Origin: Terrimicrobiaceae bacterium
GTDB taxonomy: Bacteria > Verrucomicrobiota > Verrucomicrobiia > Chthoniobacterales > Terrimicrobiaceae
NCBI GenBank assembly: GCA_041752695.1
Contig: JBGSVZ010000092.1
Span: forward strand, 1 to 64,000
DNA length: 64,000 nucleotides
Direction: 5' to 3'
A program made the position numbers and the translations under genes. The notes under the pieces are model-generated. The model was not told the origin of the DNA, ran no database searches, and saw only the letters and a program-made list of their open reading frames with translations. Shown here piece after piece: positions 20,668 to 31,100 of this stretch. Every line of letters starts with the position of its first letter. The first letter of the stretch is position 1.

Positions 20668-21954
20668 TTAGCGGCAGATCTCTGCAATTGCCAGCCGGAG
20701 CGCCTCGACGGCCTTTCTCAGTTCTGTATCCGTAATACAAAGCGGCGGGAGCAGGGCAATCGTGTCGAGGATCGGGCGCGTGAGCAGGCCGTGCCGACGG
20801 GCGGCCACACAGATGCGCGCTCCCGTCTGGTCTTGCCACGGTAAGGGAGAGCCGTCCGTCCGACGGATCTCGATGCCGGCCAGAAACCCGCATTGCCGAA
20901 GGTCGTAAACCGCGGGACTATCCTCCCGCAATTCGGCGAGCAGGGTTCGCAGCAGGGTGATTTTCGGTGACAAGGCCTCCAGGGTTTTTTCTTCCTCGAA
21001 AACCGCCAGGCTGGCCAGCGCAGCCGCGCAGCCGAGGGGATTGCCGCAATAGCTGTGGCCGTAAAAAAACGTTTTGAGCTCGCCGAAGTCTCCGAGGAAA
21101 GCCTCGTAGATGCGTTCGGTCGTCAGGGTGACGGCGAGGGGAAGGTAGCCACCGGTGAGACCTTTGGCGAGGCAGAGAAAATCGGGCCGCACATCTTCGT
21201 GCTGACCGGCAAACATTTTCCCCGTGCGTCCGAAACCGGTGAGGACCTCGTCAAAAATCAGGAGCACCCCGTGGCTGTCGCACCAGGCGCGTAGTTCCCG
21301 GAGCATACCCGGCGGCCAGAGACGCATGCCCGCGGCTCCCTGAATGAGGGGTTCGATGATGACCGCGGCGATCTCTTCGGGGGGCAGGGCCCATAGCGCA
21401 GCCACATCCGGCACGTGCTCGACCGGAAAATGCATCGCAGCAAAACGCGCGGCGAAGGTTGGCACGCCGCCCAGACTCGACGCTCCCGCCGTGTCGCCGT
21501 GATAGGCATTGTCGAACGCGACAAAGCGCTGGCGCTGCGGCTGACCGCTGAGCTGACTGTATTGCAAAGACATCTTCAGAGCGACCTCCACGGCGGTGGA
21601 TCCGTCGTCGGAATAGAAGACGCGGGATAGGGTGTTCGGCGGAAAAAGAGCGGTGAGTTTTTCGCCCAATTCGATCGCGGGCGCATTGGTCGTGCCGAGG
21701 AAAGAAACGTGGGCTACTCGGTCGAGCTGGTCCTTAATGGCCTGCGTGATTTTGGGATGCCGGTGGCCGTGGATGTTCGTCCAGATGGAAGAGTTGCCGT
21801 CGATGTACTCCCGGCCTTCGCTGTCGTGCAGCATCGCTCCTTTCCCCCCGACCAGCACGAGGGGATCATGGTCGGGCGCGCACCACGCTTTCATTTGCGT
21901 GAACGGGTGCCAGAGGTGCGCCTTGTCGGCGGTGATGAGTGCTGCGGTATCCAC
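20668..21954 (-). CDS. bioA: Adenosylmethionine-8-amino-7-oxononanoate aminotransferase
   Basis: HLWHPFTQM, DGNSSIW, SDDGSTAVEVALKM, AYHGDT, DEVLTGFGRTG, AKGLTGGYLPL, GHSYCGNP. Confidence 0.93.
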   Translation of the reverse strand: MDTAALITADKAHLWHPFTQMKAWCAPDHDPLVLVGGKGAMLHDSEGREYIDGNSSIWTNIHGHRHPKITQAIKDQLDRVAHVSFLGTTNAPAIELGEKLTALFPPNTLSRVFYSDDGSTAVEVALKMSLQYSQLSGQPQRQRFVAFDNAYHGDTAGASSLGGVPTFAARFAAMHFPVEHVPDVAALWALPPEEIAAVIIEPLIQGAAGMRLWPPGMLRELRAWCDSHGVLLIFDEVLTGFGRTGKMFAGQHEDVRPDFLCLAKGLTGGYLPLAVTLTTERIYEAFLGDFGELKTFFYGHSYCGNPLGCAAALASLAVFEEEKTLEALSPKITLLRTLLAELREDSPAVYDLRQCGFLAGIEIRRTDGSPLPWQDQTGARICVAARRHGLLTRPILDTIALLPPLCITDTELRKAVEALRLAIAEICR

Positions 21955-22013
21955 GGGAAATACTATGACCAAACGTTGGCGATTTCTGTAGCGGAAAAGC
22001 CACTTTCCCGCGG

Positions 22014-22814
22014 TCAGCCGAGTCGCCGATATTCGGAGGGGGACATGCCGAATTTTCGGTGGAAGCGTGCCGAAAAATAAAACGCCCCGGCGTAGCCCGA
22101 CTCAGAGGCGATTTCGCCGATCCGCAGTCCGGTGGAACGCAGCAGTTGCGCGGCGCGCTGGAGGCGGAGTTCTTCCAGATATTGCTGCGGAGGCAGGCCG
22201 ATTTGTTCGCGGAAAAGATGCGCCAGACGCGAAACGGAAAGTCCGCAGGCGCGGGCCAGTCCGGCCAGCGCAAAGGGTTCGTGCAGATTCTTCGCCATCA
22301 GCTCCACGGCTTGCCGGACACGTTCGTCGAGGGCGCGGGTGTTGTTCGCGGAATTGATCCAGAGGAGGGCGCGTTCGAAGGCATTGACGGCCAGATCCAG
22401 GCTTTCCGCCTGGGGCTGGCGGGCGAGACGGATGGTGTCGAGCATGGCCTGACGCACCTCCCGGAAGACGGCGGGATCGTCGATCTTCAGACTCCGCAAG
22501 CCCCGGGACACCTCCGGCCAGTTCAGCCAGACCCCCCAATGGGGCCGGGGGCGGAAGTGGCTCCACAAAAGATGCCAGTGCCGCTTCCCGGGATCCGTGA
22601 AATACCGCTGAGGCGCGCCAGGTTGATACAGGGTCACTGTCCCTGCCTCAGACGGGATCGTCACGTGGCCGCTTTCCACCTGTCCCATCCCGGCGACGGA
22701 AAGAATGAGCAGCCAGTCGGATGTTCCTCGCGGACGCCAATTGTGATACCGGACCCCGCGGCGAAATTCATCAGCGATGAGGGTGACGTTGTGAACCTGG
22801 GGGGTTTCGCGCAT
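22014..22814 (-). CDS. AraC family transcriptional regulator
   Basis: N-terminal cupin-like ligand domain; LSVSRLAHLFR...RLQRAAQLL...GY...YFSARF. Confidence 0.93.
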   Translation of the reverse strand: MRETPQVHNVTLIADEFRRGVRYHNWRPRGTSDWLLILSVAGMGQVESGHVTIPSEAGTVTLYQPGAPQRYFTDPGKRHWHLLWSHFRPRPHWGVWLNWPEVSRGLRSLKIDDPAVFREVRQAMLDTIRLARQPQAESLDLAVNAFERALLWINSANNTRALDERVRQAVELMAKNLHEPFALAGLARACGLSVSRLAHLFREQIGLPPQQYLEELRLQRAAQLLRSTGLRIGEIASESGYAGAFYFSARFHRKFGMSPSEYRRLG

Positions 22815-22920
22815 AACGGTGGCCAGAAGTATGACAGGATATCATAGGGTTTTAGCAAGTCGCGGTATTCCTGATTTTTCGGCTTTTACCTAAGGTTTCC
22901 CCACAACCTCAGACCTCATC

Positions 22921-23739
22921 ATGAATCCCCTGACCGAAAAAAATCCCACCAGTGCAGCTCTCAAAGACCAATTCGACCGTGACGGATATTGTGTCGCGGA
23001 TGATTTGTTCACCGAATCCGAACTGCAGGACATCGAAGATTTTTTCGAGCGGTACAAAAAATCCGGCGCGGAGGCTTTCGACGGAGGAACGCCTTATGAG
23101 GAAATCGATCTCACGAAACGCCAGGTTCGCGCCCTGCACCCCCACCGTTACAGCCGCAAAGCGCTGGACTGGTTCACTAATCCCAAGGTGGCCGCGTTGC
23201 TGGAAACTTTGCTCGGCCGTCCCGCTCTGGGGGCGCAGACGATGTATTATTACAAGCCACCCGGAGCCAGAGGACAGGGCATGCATCAGGATAACTTTTA
23301 TCTTTTGGCCAGCCCGGCGACGTGCATTGCGGCGTGGACCGCGATTGACGACGCGACCCTCGACAATGGCTGTCTTTATGTGGTGCCAGGTTCTCATCGG
23401 GGAGGGATTCTCTGTCCCGAAGGGGAGGAGGAGCGCTGGATGGAATATGGCGACAGTCATATTTCGAAGTTTCCCCGCGACACCCAGCCGGTCCCGGTGC
23501 CCGTGCGGCGCGGACAGACGATGTTTTTCGGCGGCAACCTCATTCACGGCTCCGGCCCCAATCGCACGCCCGACCGCTTCCGCCGCACCTTTATCGGGCA
23601 CTACGTGGATGAAGCCACCGAGACTTTGGCCAGGTTTTACCATCCCATTGTGAGCATGAACCAGGAGACCGTTTCCCATGTGGCGGAATATGCGGGAGGC
23701 GGCCCGTGCGGTGACGGGTGGCGGGGTTCGGTTCATTGA
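22921..23739 (+). CDS. Phytanoyl-CoA dioxygenase (PhyH) family Fe/2OG oxygenase
   Basis: HQDNFY, AWTAID.AT..NGCLYVVPGSH, IHGSGPN..R. Confidence 0.92.
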   Translation: MNPLTEKNPTSAALKDQFDRDGYCVADDLFTESELQDIEDFFERYKKSGAEAFDGGTPYEEIDLTKRQVRALHPHRYSRKALDWFTNPKVAALLETLLGRPALGAQTMYYYKPPGARGQGMHQDNFYLLASPATCIAAWTAIDDATLDNGCLYVVPGSHRGGILCPEGEEERWMEYGDSHISKFPRDTQPVPVPVRRGQTMFFGGNLIHGSGPNRTPDRFRRTFIGHYVDEATETLARFYHPIVSMNQETVSHVAEYAGGGPCGDGWRGSVH

Positions 23740-23791
23740 GCGCGGGAATTTTTCGATTGCCGATGCCGGGATTCGGTGGGAAGTAGCGGGC

Positions 23792-24682
23792 TTGATTCCG
23801 CTTGGCAAAATCCTCCTCTATCTCGCCGTTGTCGTCCTTTTGGCGGCGATTCTTTCGCCGCCGATTTTCTGGCTGCTGGACGGAACGATCAACTTTCCGT
23901 TCTACCGCTATTTCAGCCGAACCGCGCAAGTCACCGCAATCATCCTGCTGGTCCCGCTGCTTTTCTGGCTCCACATCCGGCGGGTGTCCGAAATTGGACT
24001 GGAAAAAAATGTCTGTCGCGGGCGGGATGTGCTTACGGGATTCGGACTTGGGGCGATTCCCGTGTTGCTGCTGGGGGTGGGGTATCTCTTTTTCAGCGTC
24101 TACCGGATGAATGCCGATTTGGACGGAATCAAAATCCTGCGCATTGCTGGCACGGCGGTGGTGGTGGCTGCGGTGGAAGAGTTCCTCTTCCGCGGGGTGG
24201 CGCTCGGTCTGGCGGCGCGCGCCTTTGGACGCGGGATATCGGCGGTGGCGGTATCTTTGGTTTTCGCCGCGGTGCATTTTCTCAAACCCGCCAAGGAGGT
24301 CGACGAAGCGGTTTACTGGTGGACGGGGTTCGCCCAGATCCCCCGGGTGCTGGAGGCCACGCCGCCGCCGGTGTTCCTGACGTTCGGGTTTGCTTCGTTG
24401 TTTCTTGCGGGAATGATTCTGGCCCTTGCCGCCTTTCGCACGCGCTCGCTGTGGCTGCCCATCGGAATCCACGCGGGCTGGGTTTTTGGCCAGCAGGGGT
24501 TTCAATGGTTGGCCAAACCCACGGACAAATCCTTCGCGGATTTTCTGCCCTGGGTGGGTCCGAACGTGGTGAGTGGGGCGGTGCCGACGGGAATCTTGCC
24601 GCTGATTGTGCTGTTGCTTACCGGGGCGGCGGTCTGGTTGTATGTCCGGCATGCCCGCACTCCGGCCGCGCGAGATCTTTGA
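23792..24682 (+). CDS. CPBP (Abi/CAAX) intramembrane metalloprotease; start uncertain
   Basis: EEFLFRG, FAAVHF, LWLPIGIHAGW. Confidence 0.88.
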   Translation: MIPLGKILLYLAVVVLLAAILSPPIFWLLDGTINFPFYRYFSRTAQVTAIILLVPLLFWLHIRRVSEIGLEKNVCRGRDVLTGFGLGAIPVLLLGVGYLFFSVYRMNADLDGIKILRIAGTAVVVAAVEEFLFRGVALGLAARAFGRGISAVAVSLVFAAVHFLKPAKEVDEAVYWWTGFAQIPRVLEATPPPVFLTFGFASLFLAGMILALAAFRTRSLWLPIGIHAGWVFGQQGFQWLAKPTDKSFADFLPWVGPNVVSGAVPTGILPLIVLLLTGAAVWLYVRHARTPAARDL

Positions 24683-25373
24683 GACGCTGCGGGATTTGTT
24701 TTTCCCCGCCCACTGCGCCGGATGCGCGGTGGCGGTCGATGAGGGATGGTTCTGTGGAAAATGCACCCGCGAACTCCGCCCGGTGCCCGAGCCCTATTGC
24801 GAAGTTTGCTCGCAGCCCTATGCGGGCACGATGGACCGTTTCGTCTGTGTCAATTGCCGCAACCGGGCTTTCCATTTTGAATGCGCCGTGGCGGTGATGC
24901 ATAGCCGGGGCGTGATGCGCGATCTCGTCCACCGCCTGAAATACGGCGGCGAGTTGTGGCTGGGGGAAATTCTCGGGGGTTTTCTCGAGCGCGGATTTGA
25001 TGATCCCCGGCTGGTTGACGAGGAGATTGATGGCATCGTCCCCGTCCCCCTCCATCCCCTGCGGCAGCGCGAGCGGGAATTTAATCAGGCGGAAATCCTC
25101 GGGCGTGACCTCGCGCGCCGGAGGAACCTGCCGTATCGGGATGTCCTGCAGCGCCTGCGTTACACCGTGACCCAAACGCATTTTGACCGGCGCCGCCGCA
25201 TGCAAAACTTGCGGGACGCCTTCCAGTTGCGGCAGAATGTCGACGTGAAAGGAAAACACCTTCTGCTCGTGGACGATGTGCTGACAACCGGCTCTACCCT
25301 CGATGAATGCGCCCGCGTTCTTCTGGAAGCCGGGGCCGAATCCGTTCGTGCCCTCACTGTGGCGAGGGGATAA
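24651..25373 (+). CDS. comF: ComF family protein (zinc ribbon plus phosphoribosyltransferase domain)
   Basis: CxxC pairs, LKYG, VPVPLH, REFNQA, LLVDDVLTTGSTL. Confidence 0.9.
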   Translation: MPALRPREIFETLRDLFFPAHCAGCAVAVDEGWFCGKCTRELRPVPEPYCEVCSQPYAGTMDRFVCVNCRNRAFHFECAVAVMHSRGVMRDLVHRLKYGGELWLGEILGGFLERGFDDPRLVDEEIDGIVPVPLHPLRQREREFNQAEILGRDLARRRNLPYRDVLQRLRYTVTQTHFDRRRRMQNLRDAFQLRQNVDVKGKHLLLVDDVLTTGSTLDECARVLLEAGAESVRALTVARG

Positions 25374-25377
25374 AAAG

Positions 25378-25907
25378 GTCGAATGACGGATGACGAAGGT
25401 CGAAATAACGCCGAATTTTTCAATGTCGGCCGCCTCTCTTGACGAGGACGCATTTTGGGAAGTTCATGGACAAGGTGTTCGGGAGGATCCTCCGATTCCT
25501 CCACGCGTTTACGATCTTGAGGAACGGACAGCTCGTTTTGGGGAGAGTGTGATTGATTCTATGAAAACTATCCCCCAGGGGCCGGTGACCAATCGGATCA
25601 TTGATCAATTGGTGGGCTGTGGAACGAGTGTGGGGGCCAATTATTGCGAAGCCGACGATGCGGTGTCGCGAAAAGAATTTTTTCTCCGCATCAACACCTG
25701 CCGGAAGGAAGCGCGTGAAACCAAGCATTTTCTCCGCATGGCAGTTCGAGCTGTACCCGGCCTCAAGCCTTCGGCGAGAGATCTTTGGTGCGAGGCGCGG
25801 GAACTCCATCTGATTTTCTGTAGCATTTGCCGCAAAAAGTGATGAAAATCCCGCCATTGGAGATTTCGCCATTCTTTCGTCACTAGTCATTCCTCATTCG
25901 TCATTTC
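25378..25907. repeat. Imperfect inverted heptamer-rich repeats flanking the four helix bundle gene
   Basis: Left: GAATGACggaTGACGAA...CAATGtCGG. Right, reverse complement: GAAATGACGAATGAgGAATGACtagTGACGAA...CAATGgCGG. Confidence 0.65.
25390..25842 (+). CDS. Four helix bundle protein (23S rRNA IVS protein / TIGR02436-like); start may be 25423
   Basis: DLEERTARF, QLVGCGTSVGANYCEA...SRKEF...CRKEARET. Confidence 0.88.
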   Translation: MTKVEITPNFSMSAASLDEDAFWEVHGQGVREDPPIPPRVYDLEERTARFGESVIDSMKTIPQGPVTNRIIDQLVGCGTSVGANYCEADDAVSRKEFFLRINTCRKEARETKHFLRMAVRAVPGLKPSARDLWCEARELHLIFCSICRKK

Positions 25908-25911
25908 CACC

Positions 25912-26763
25912 ATGCCCTTTTTCAAAAAGCCCAACTTCATCAAGTCCCGAACCACCGCCGCCCGGGAAATGCCCGAAGGGCTCTGGACAAAATGTGTGAC
26001 CTGCGGCGAGGTCATTCACAATCTCACCCTGGCGGAAAACCTCCGGGTGTGTCCCAAGTGCAATCACCACTTCACCATGGGCGCCGAGGAACGGATCGCC
26101 AGTCTGGTTGATCCCGAATCCTGGGAGGAACATGACGCCAATCTGCTTTCCGTGGATACGCTCGAGTTTAAGGGCACGGCGGCTTACACCGAGAGGCTGA
26201 AAAGCTACCAGGAAAAAACCGGTCTCAAAGACGCCGTCCTCTCCGGCACTGCAACCATCAATGCGCACCCCGTCGGGCTGGCCGTGATGGACTTTAATTT
26301 TCTGGCCGCGACCATGGGGTCGGTGGTGGGGGAAAAAATCACCCGCATCATTGAAACCGCCACCGCGAAAAAAATGCCTGTCATCATCGTCTGCGCATCA
26401 GGCGGCGCCCGCATGTATGAAGGCATGCTCAGTCTCATGCAGATGGCCAAGACCAGCGGCGCGCTCGCGAGGCATGCCCAGGCTTGTCTGCCGTATATCA
26501 CCGTGCTCACCAATCCCACCACGGCCGGGGTGATGGCGAGCTACGCCTCGCTCGGCGATGTGATTATTGCCGAACCCAAGAGCATGATCGGATTCGCTGG
26601 TCCGCGCGTGATCAAGGAGACGACCCATCAGGATCTGCCCCCGGGTTTCCAGACCGCCGAATTTCTCGAAGAGCATGGGCTCATTGATATCGTCGCCTCC
26701 CGCGGCGACCTCCGCTCGGTCGTCACGCGGTTGATCGAATATTTTCAACCTTCGAAAAAGTGA
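25912..26763 (+). CDS. accD: Acetyl-CoA carboxylase carboxyltransferase beta subunit
   Basis: PEGLWTKC..C, CPKC, MGSVVGEKI, SGGARM.EG, IGFAGPRVI, FQTAEFL. Confidence 0.97.
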   Translation: MPFFKKPNFIKSRTTAAREMPEGLWTKCVTCGEVIHNLTLAENLRVCPKCNHHFTMGAEERIASLVDPESWEEHDANLLSVDTLEFKGTAAYTERLKSYQEKTGLKDAVLSGTATINAHPVGLAVMDFNFLAATMGSVVGEKITRIIETATAKKMPVIIVCASGGARMYEGMLSLMQMAKTSGALARHAQACLPYITVLTNPTTAGVMASYASLGDVIIAEPKSMIGFAGPRVIKETTHQDLPPGFQTAEFLEEHGLIDIVASRGDLRSVVTRLIEYFQPSKK

Positions 26764-27932
26764 CCTTCGACGAGTCGTTGGCTTGGCTGGACTCCACTCT
26801 CGCGCTGGGAGTGAAATTGGGACTGGCCAACACGCGACTCCTGCTGGAGGGACTGGGCGATCCCCAGGATTCCCTGGCAATTTTCCACGTGGCCGGGACC
26901 AACGGCAAGGGTTCCGTCTGTGCCATGCTCGACGCCCTGCTGCGGGTCGGTGGCCATCGCACCGGGCTTTACACCTCACCCCATCTGGTCGACTTTCGGG
27001 AGCGCATCCGGGTTGATGGGAAAAAAATCTCACCCGAGGCGGTTGCCGCCGGCCTGACGAAGATCCGGGCTATTTCCGCGGACTGGGACCGCCAGCCCAC
27101 CTACTTTGAGATCACCACCGTGCTGGCCATCGCCCATTTTGCGGAAGAGGGCTGTGCGACGGCGATTTTGGAAACCGGCATGGGCGGCCGTCTGGATGCC
27201 ACCAACGCCATCAGTCCGATCGTTTCCGTGATTACTCCGATCGCCATGGATCATCGGCAGTGGTTGGGCAACACCATCGCGGAGATTGCCGAAGAAAAAG
27301 CCGGTATCATCAAGCCGGGTGTTCCGGTGGTCAGCGCCAGTCAGGTTGCCGAGGCCAGGGAGGTTCTCGAGATCCAGGCCTCCCGCGTGAATGCCGAGTT
27401 GTTTTTTATCACCGAACCCCTCGGGGGCGTTCCGATGCGGCTGCGCGGCCAGCATCAAAAGGAGAATGCGGCTTTGGCGCTGGGCGCGCTGGACCTGGCG
27501 GGAATGACTCCGGATGACGACCGTCTTCGGGAGGCTCTGGCCAATGTGCAGTGGCCGGGAAGGTTTCATGTGGTGGATCAGCGCATTGTTCTCGACGGTG
27601 CGCACAACCCCCACGCCGCGGAGACCCTGACCCGAAACTGGCGCGAAGTTTTCGGCCGGGAGCGGCCGACGGTCATTTTTGGGGCCCTGGAGGACAAGGA
27701 ATATCCCGCCATCCTGGAAAAACTGGAGTCCATCGCGAGCGAGTTTTATTTTGTGCCGGTGAACAGTTTTCGCTCCGCTTCGACGGACTCTCTCACCGCG
27801 GCCTGCCTGATCAAATACACCGTCTTCGCCTCCGTGAAGGAGGCGCTCGCCGCGTCGCGCGGCCTGACGCTGGTGACGGGCTCGCTGTTTTTGGTCGGCG
27901 AGGCGATGGGCGTTTTGGGCATCGAACCCTAA
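26760..27932 (+). CDS. folC: Folylpolyglutamate synthase / dihydrofolate synthase
   Basis: HVAGTNGKGS, YTSPHL, ETGMGGRLDATN, WPGRF, LDGAHNP, TGSLFLVG. Confidence 0.96.
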   Translation: MTFDESLAWLDSTLALGVKLGLANTRLLLEGLGDPQDSLAIFHVAGTNGKGSVCAMLDALLRVGGHRTGLYTSPHLVDFRERIRVDGKKISPEAVAAGLTKIRAISADWDRQPTYFEITTVLAIAHFAEEGCATAILETGMGGRLDATNAISPIVSVITPIAMDHRQWLGNTIAEIAEEKAGIIKPGVPVVSASQVAEAREVLEIQASRVNAELFFITEPLGGVPMRLRGQHQKENAALALGALDLAGMTPDDDRLREALANVQWPGRFHVVDQRIVLDGAHNPHAAETLTRNWREVFGRERPTVIFGALEDKEYPAILEKLESIASEFYFVPVNSFRSASTDSLTAACLIKYTVFASVKEALAASRGLTLVTGSLFLVGEAMGVLGIEP

Positions 27933-28033
27933 GGCAGGAACCCGCGGGAGGATTTTCCGTCCCTGAATTTTTGCGGCCTCGAGGAAAATTCCCCAACACC
28001 GCCAAACGGCCCACGGCATCCCGCAAACGGCTG

Positions 28034-28069
28034 TTACAATAAATGTCCCAGGTGGGACATTTATTGTAA
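28034..28069. repeat. Perfect 17-bp inverted repeat with a 2-nt spacer
   Basis: TTACAATAAATGTCCCA-GG-TGGGACATTTATTGTAA between convergent folC and cassette gene A. Confidence 0.9.
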
Positions 28070-28125
28070 AGAAAGAGAAGGGGGGGGCTCGGAAAACGGG
28101 GCGCTCGAATGGGCTACTTCCGCCG

Positions 28126-31100
28126 TCAGGGGGCGAAGGTGTTGCTGGAAATGACCCGCCATTGATAGAAGGTATCGAGGCTGGGGGCGGTGGGATTGGC
28201 GGCGTAGTCCGGAATCTTGCTGTCGGCCGGATCGAGGAAACGTTCCAAGGTGGTTGAGCCCCGCAACTCCCCGGTGACGGCGCCGCGGGCTTCCGTCCAC
28301 AGATCGGGACTCTGTCCCGGCGGATTTTTCAGAGCCTGGACGGTGTAGTGAACGGTGAAGGTGTTCGATTTGGTGGTCAGGCGGGGGTAGATGTTCGCAT
28401 AAGGGCGCTCGCGCACGTTGTCGCCGACCAGGGCAAAGTCGTCGCCATACCAGGCGGCGTCGGCGGCGGCATTGTTGGCCCATGTATATCCCTGCGGCAC
28501 CAGGTAGATGTCGCAGATTTCCGAGGGCGATTTGAAGATATCCCACGCGGCAAATTTTTCCCGGAACTGGCGCAGGGAGCCGTCTGTCTCGCTCAAATTC
28601 AAGGGTAACCGGGCAAGCGTGACGCCTCCTGCGACAGCTGCGGTTGCGCCAGGACCGTTCGTGGAACCGGTGGGTTTGTAGATGACATGCTCGTTGGATG
28701 GTGTCTGGTTGACGGCTGCTGCCAGGGGAACCCGTGTTACCAATTCGGTCCCAAGCACCGCACGGACTCCCGAGCTCCGGTTGATGTAGGTGAACGGCAC
28801 AATCTGGTAGTTCATGTTCACCTTTCCGTCCGTGGAAAAAGGCTCTCCGATGGCATAAGGCTCCACGACTGGCATGTTAAAGAGGTCGAGAAATAGGTGG
28901 TCCTTCGGCCCGGCAGGGTCCTGTGGGCGGCTAGTTTGGGGACGGAAAAGCAGGGTCCTCCAGGAAACGCCTTCCAGGACGCCGGTGGGAAGTGAGCCCA
29001 GCATTCCGGCCGAACTGACAATGCGGTTGGCCGTGAAGTAGCTGACAATGTTGTCGTTTCCCGTCCCAGCCTGTTCGCGATTGTAATAAGGGCTGGCACT
29101 GGAGACATAGATGTTTCCCTCGTCCGCCTTGTTCGCATAGGCACCATCCGATTCCGAGGGGAGTCCATTGTCCCAATCCCAGGTTTGTTTGGCGCTGGCA
29201 ATCGTTCCCGGAGTTTTAGGCGTAAAATTCTGGCCGTACAAAGCTCCGTTGACGAGTTTGCCCGAGATATCCGTTCCGGCTGTGGCAAAGGAAGAGTAGT
29301 GGTCGCGGAAGACATTTCCCAGTTTCACTCCGCTGTCGTATCCCGGACCCTTGTCGAATGGCGACGAACTACTGCCATCGGCGTTCACTGTCCTTTGGGC
29401 GGCGACCAGACGATAGTCGCCATCTTTTGCGACGAGGGTGCGCACAACGTCCGATCCGCCGAATTTTGTGACTACTCCTTGGTTTGAATAGGACGGTTGT
29501 TCCACCGCAGCCTTGCTGGCATAAGTCCAATTGGCGACCTCGCTGTGATTGGCCGGCGCGTCGGCCCGGATTACGGCACCAAAGCGAGTAAGAGGATTCA
29601 GGGTGTTTTTGGATTGCAAAGAGGCGGCGGAACTTGCCTGCCGGATGCGGAGATCGAATCCCCACCAATCCGCGGCTACGTCCTGGGGCTCACCGGTGGA
29701 TGAGGCCGATCCCTTGGCGAGGCCTGTTTTCATCAGGTCGGGGGTGGGAACATTCTGAACATTTGGGAAGGCGACATTAAAGCTCTGGTAGGTCGACCCA
29801 CCTCCGCCGGCGGTTGGCACCTGCAGTTCAGCTGTGAACCCGCCTCCCAAGTTTACGGCGGAACTGCCCACGGTGAAAGGATTGCTGATGAAGCGATATG
29901 GTCGGGTTGAGGCTCCGAAGGTGCCCAGCCATTCCTTTCCGCTCCAGGTGTTCATTCTTCCGCGCAGCGTGTGGCGGAATCCGAGAATGCCTCCGGTTCC
30001 CTGCTCGGCGCCCGTTCGGGTGGGAAAATCTTCGAGGACGCCGTTGCCGTTGGTATTTTCAGCGAGGGAATTTGTGGTGGTTGTCCGACTGGGAAATGGG
30101 TTCTGGCTGTCAATGCTGATGCCCTGAATGCCCGTGACGTTAATGCGGAGAGCGGGCCTGACGTTCATTTGCATCGCGTCGTATCCCATCATTGGGCTCG
30201 CGATTTCAAATAGGAGCATGGCTTGAAGCTTCTTTTCGCCGGGGGCAAGAGCTTGGAGAGTGCCGCCGTGAAGGCCTGTGGACGTCAGGGTGGGATTGGC
30301 GGGGAAGGGACCGCCGGTGGTGGGAAGCGTTGACGTGCTGCCAGTCCCGGTAGTTACCGTGTTGGTGGTCGGGTCCCACCCCACAATAAAGCCGCCGCTA
30401 TTCCTGAGGTACTGCGCGGTGGGAAGGTTGCTGGCGTAGAGGGGATCGGTGGCGGAGTTGGGAACAGGGGATACCTGGGCCCCTGAGACGGTCGTGGGAG
30501 GCACATAAGGGCCGAGCAAACTGTTCCCATCCGCTGTACAAATTATGAGAATGCCGATCTCCGAAAGAGTCTGGGCGCGTCCCAACCCGTGGACCGTCCC
30601 GGAACCGACGGACATTTGCAGGGGATTGACAACCCCTTGGAACCCATAGCCGGTGACGCCTGCCGGATTGGATGTGAAACGGGAAAACGCAGTGTTGCTG
30701 GCGGGAACACTATGGTCCCAGAGATTTGTGCTGCGGATGTAGTCAAAAATTTCCGCCAGGATTTGATCGCGCTCAATGGCCCCGGAAATTGCGAACGAAT
30801 ATTTTCCGGAAAAACTCCCTCCAAAGCCGGGAATTTGGCGGTTCGTCAGGTTTCGCAGATAAGACAAAAGATTCTGATTGCGCGGAATGGCTCCGTCATC
30901 AGTTGCGCTGAAAGCGTTTCCCCTTTGAATAAAGTAAGGCGATGCCTGTCCACCAGTCCCGGTCGTGGCGCAGAAGGCCAGCAGGTTGTCAAAAGTCGTT
31001 CGTTTGGTGGCACCGGTATCCAGGTTGATTGGCCACATGGCGATTCTCGGCGTGCCGAAAAGAGTCACTTCGGGAGAGCGGTTGTGCGCGGTGAGGAAAA

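Noticed and set aside
25390..25842. Diversity-generating retroelement, suggested by the Avd-like fold
   Set aside because: No reverse transcriptase and no template/variable repeat pair seen in the window.
28044..28071. Chromosomal dif site
   Set aside because: Only one arm resembles the XerD box and the 11-6-11 layout lacks a XerC-like arm; kept only as an unexplained palindrome.
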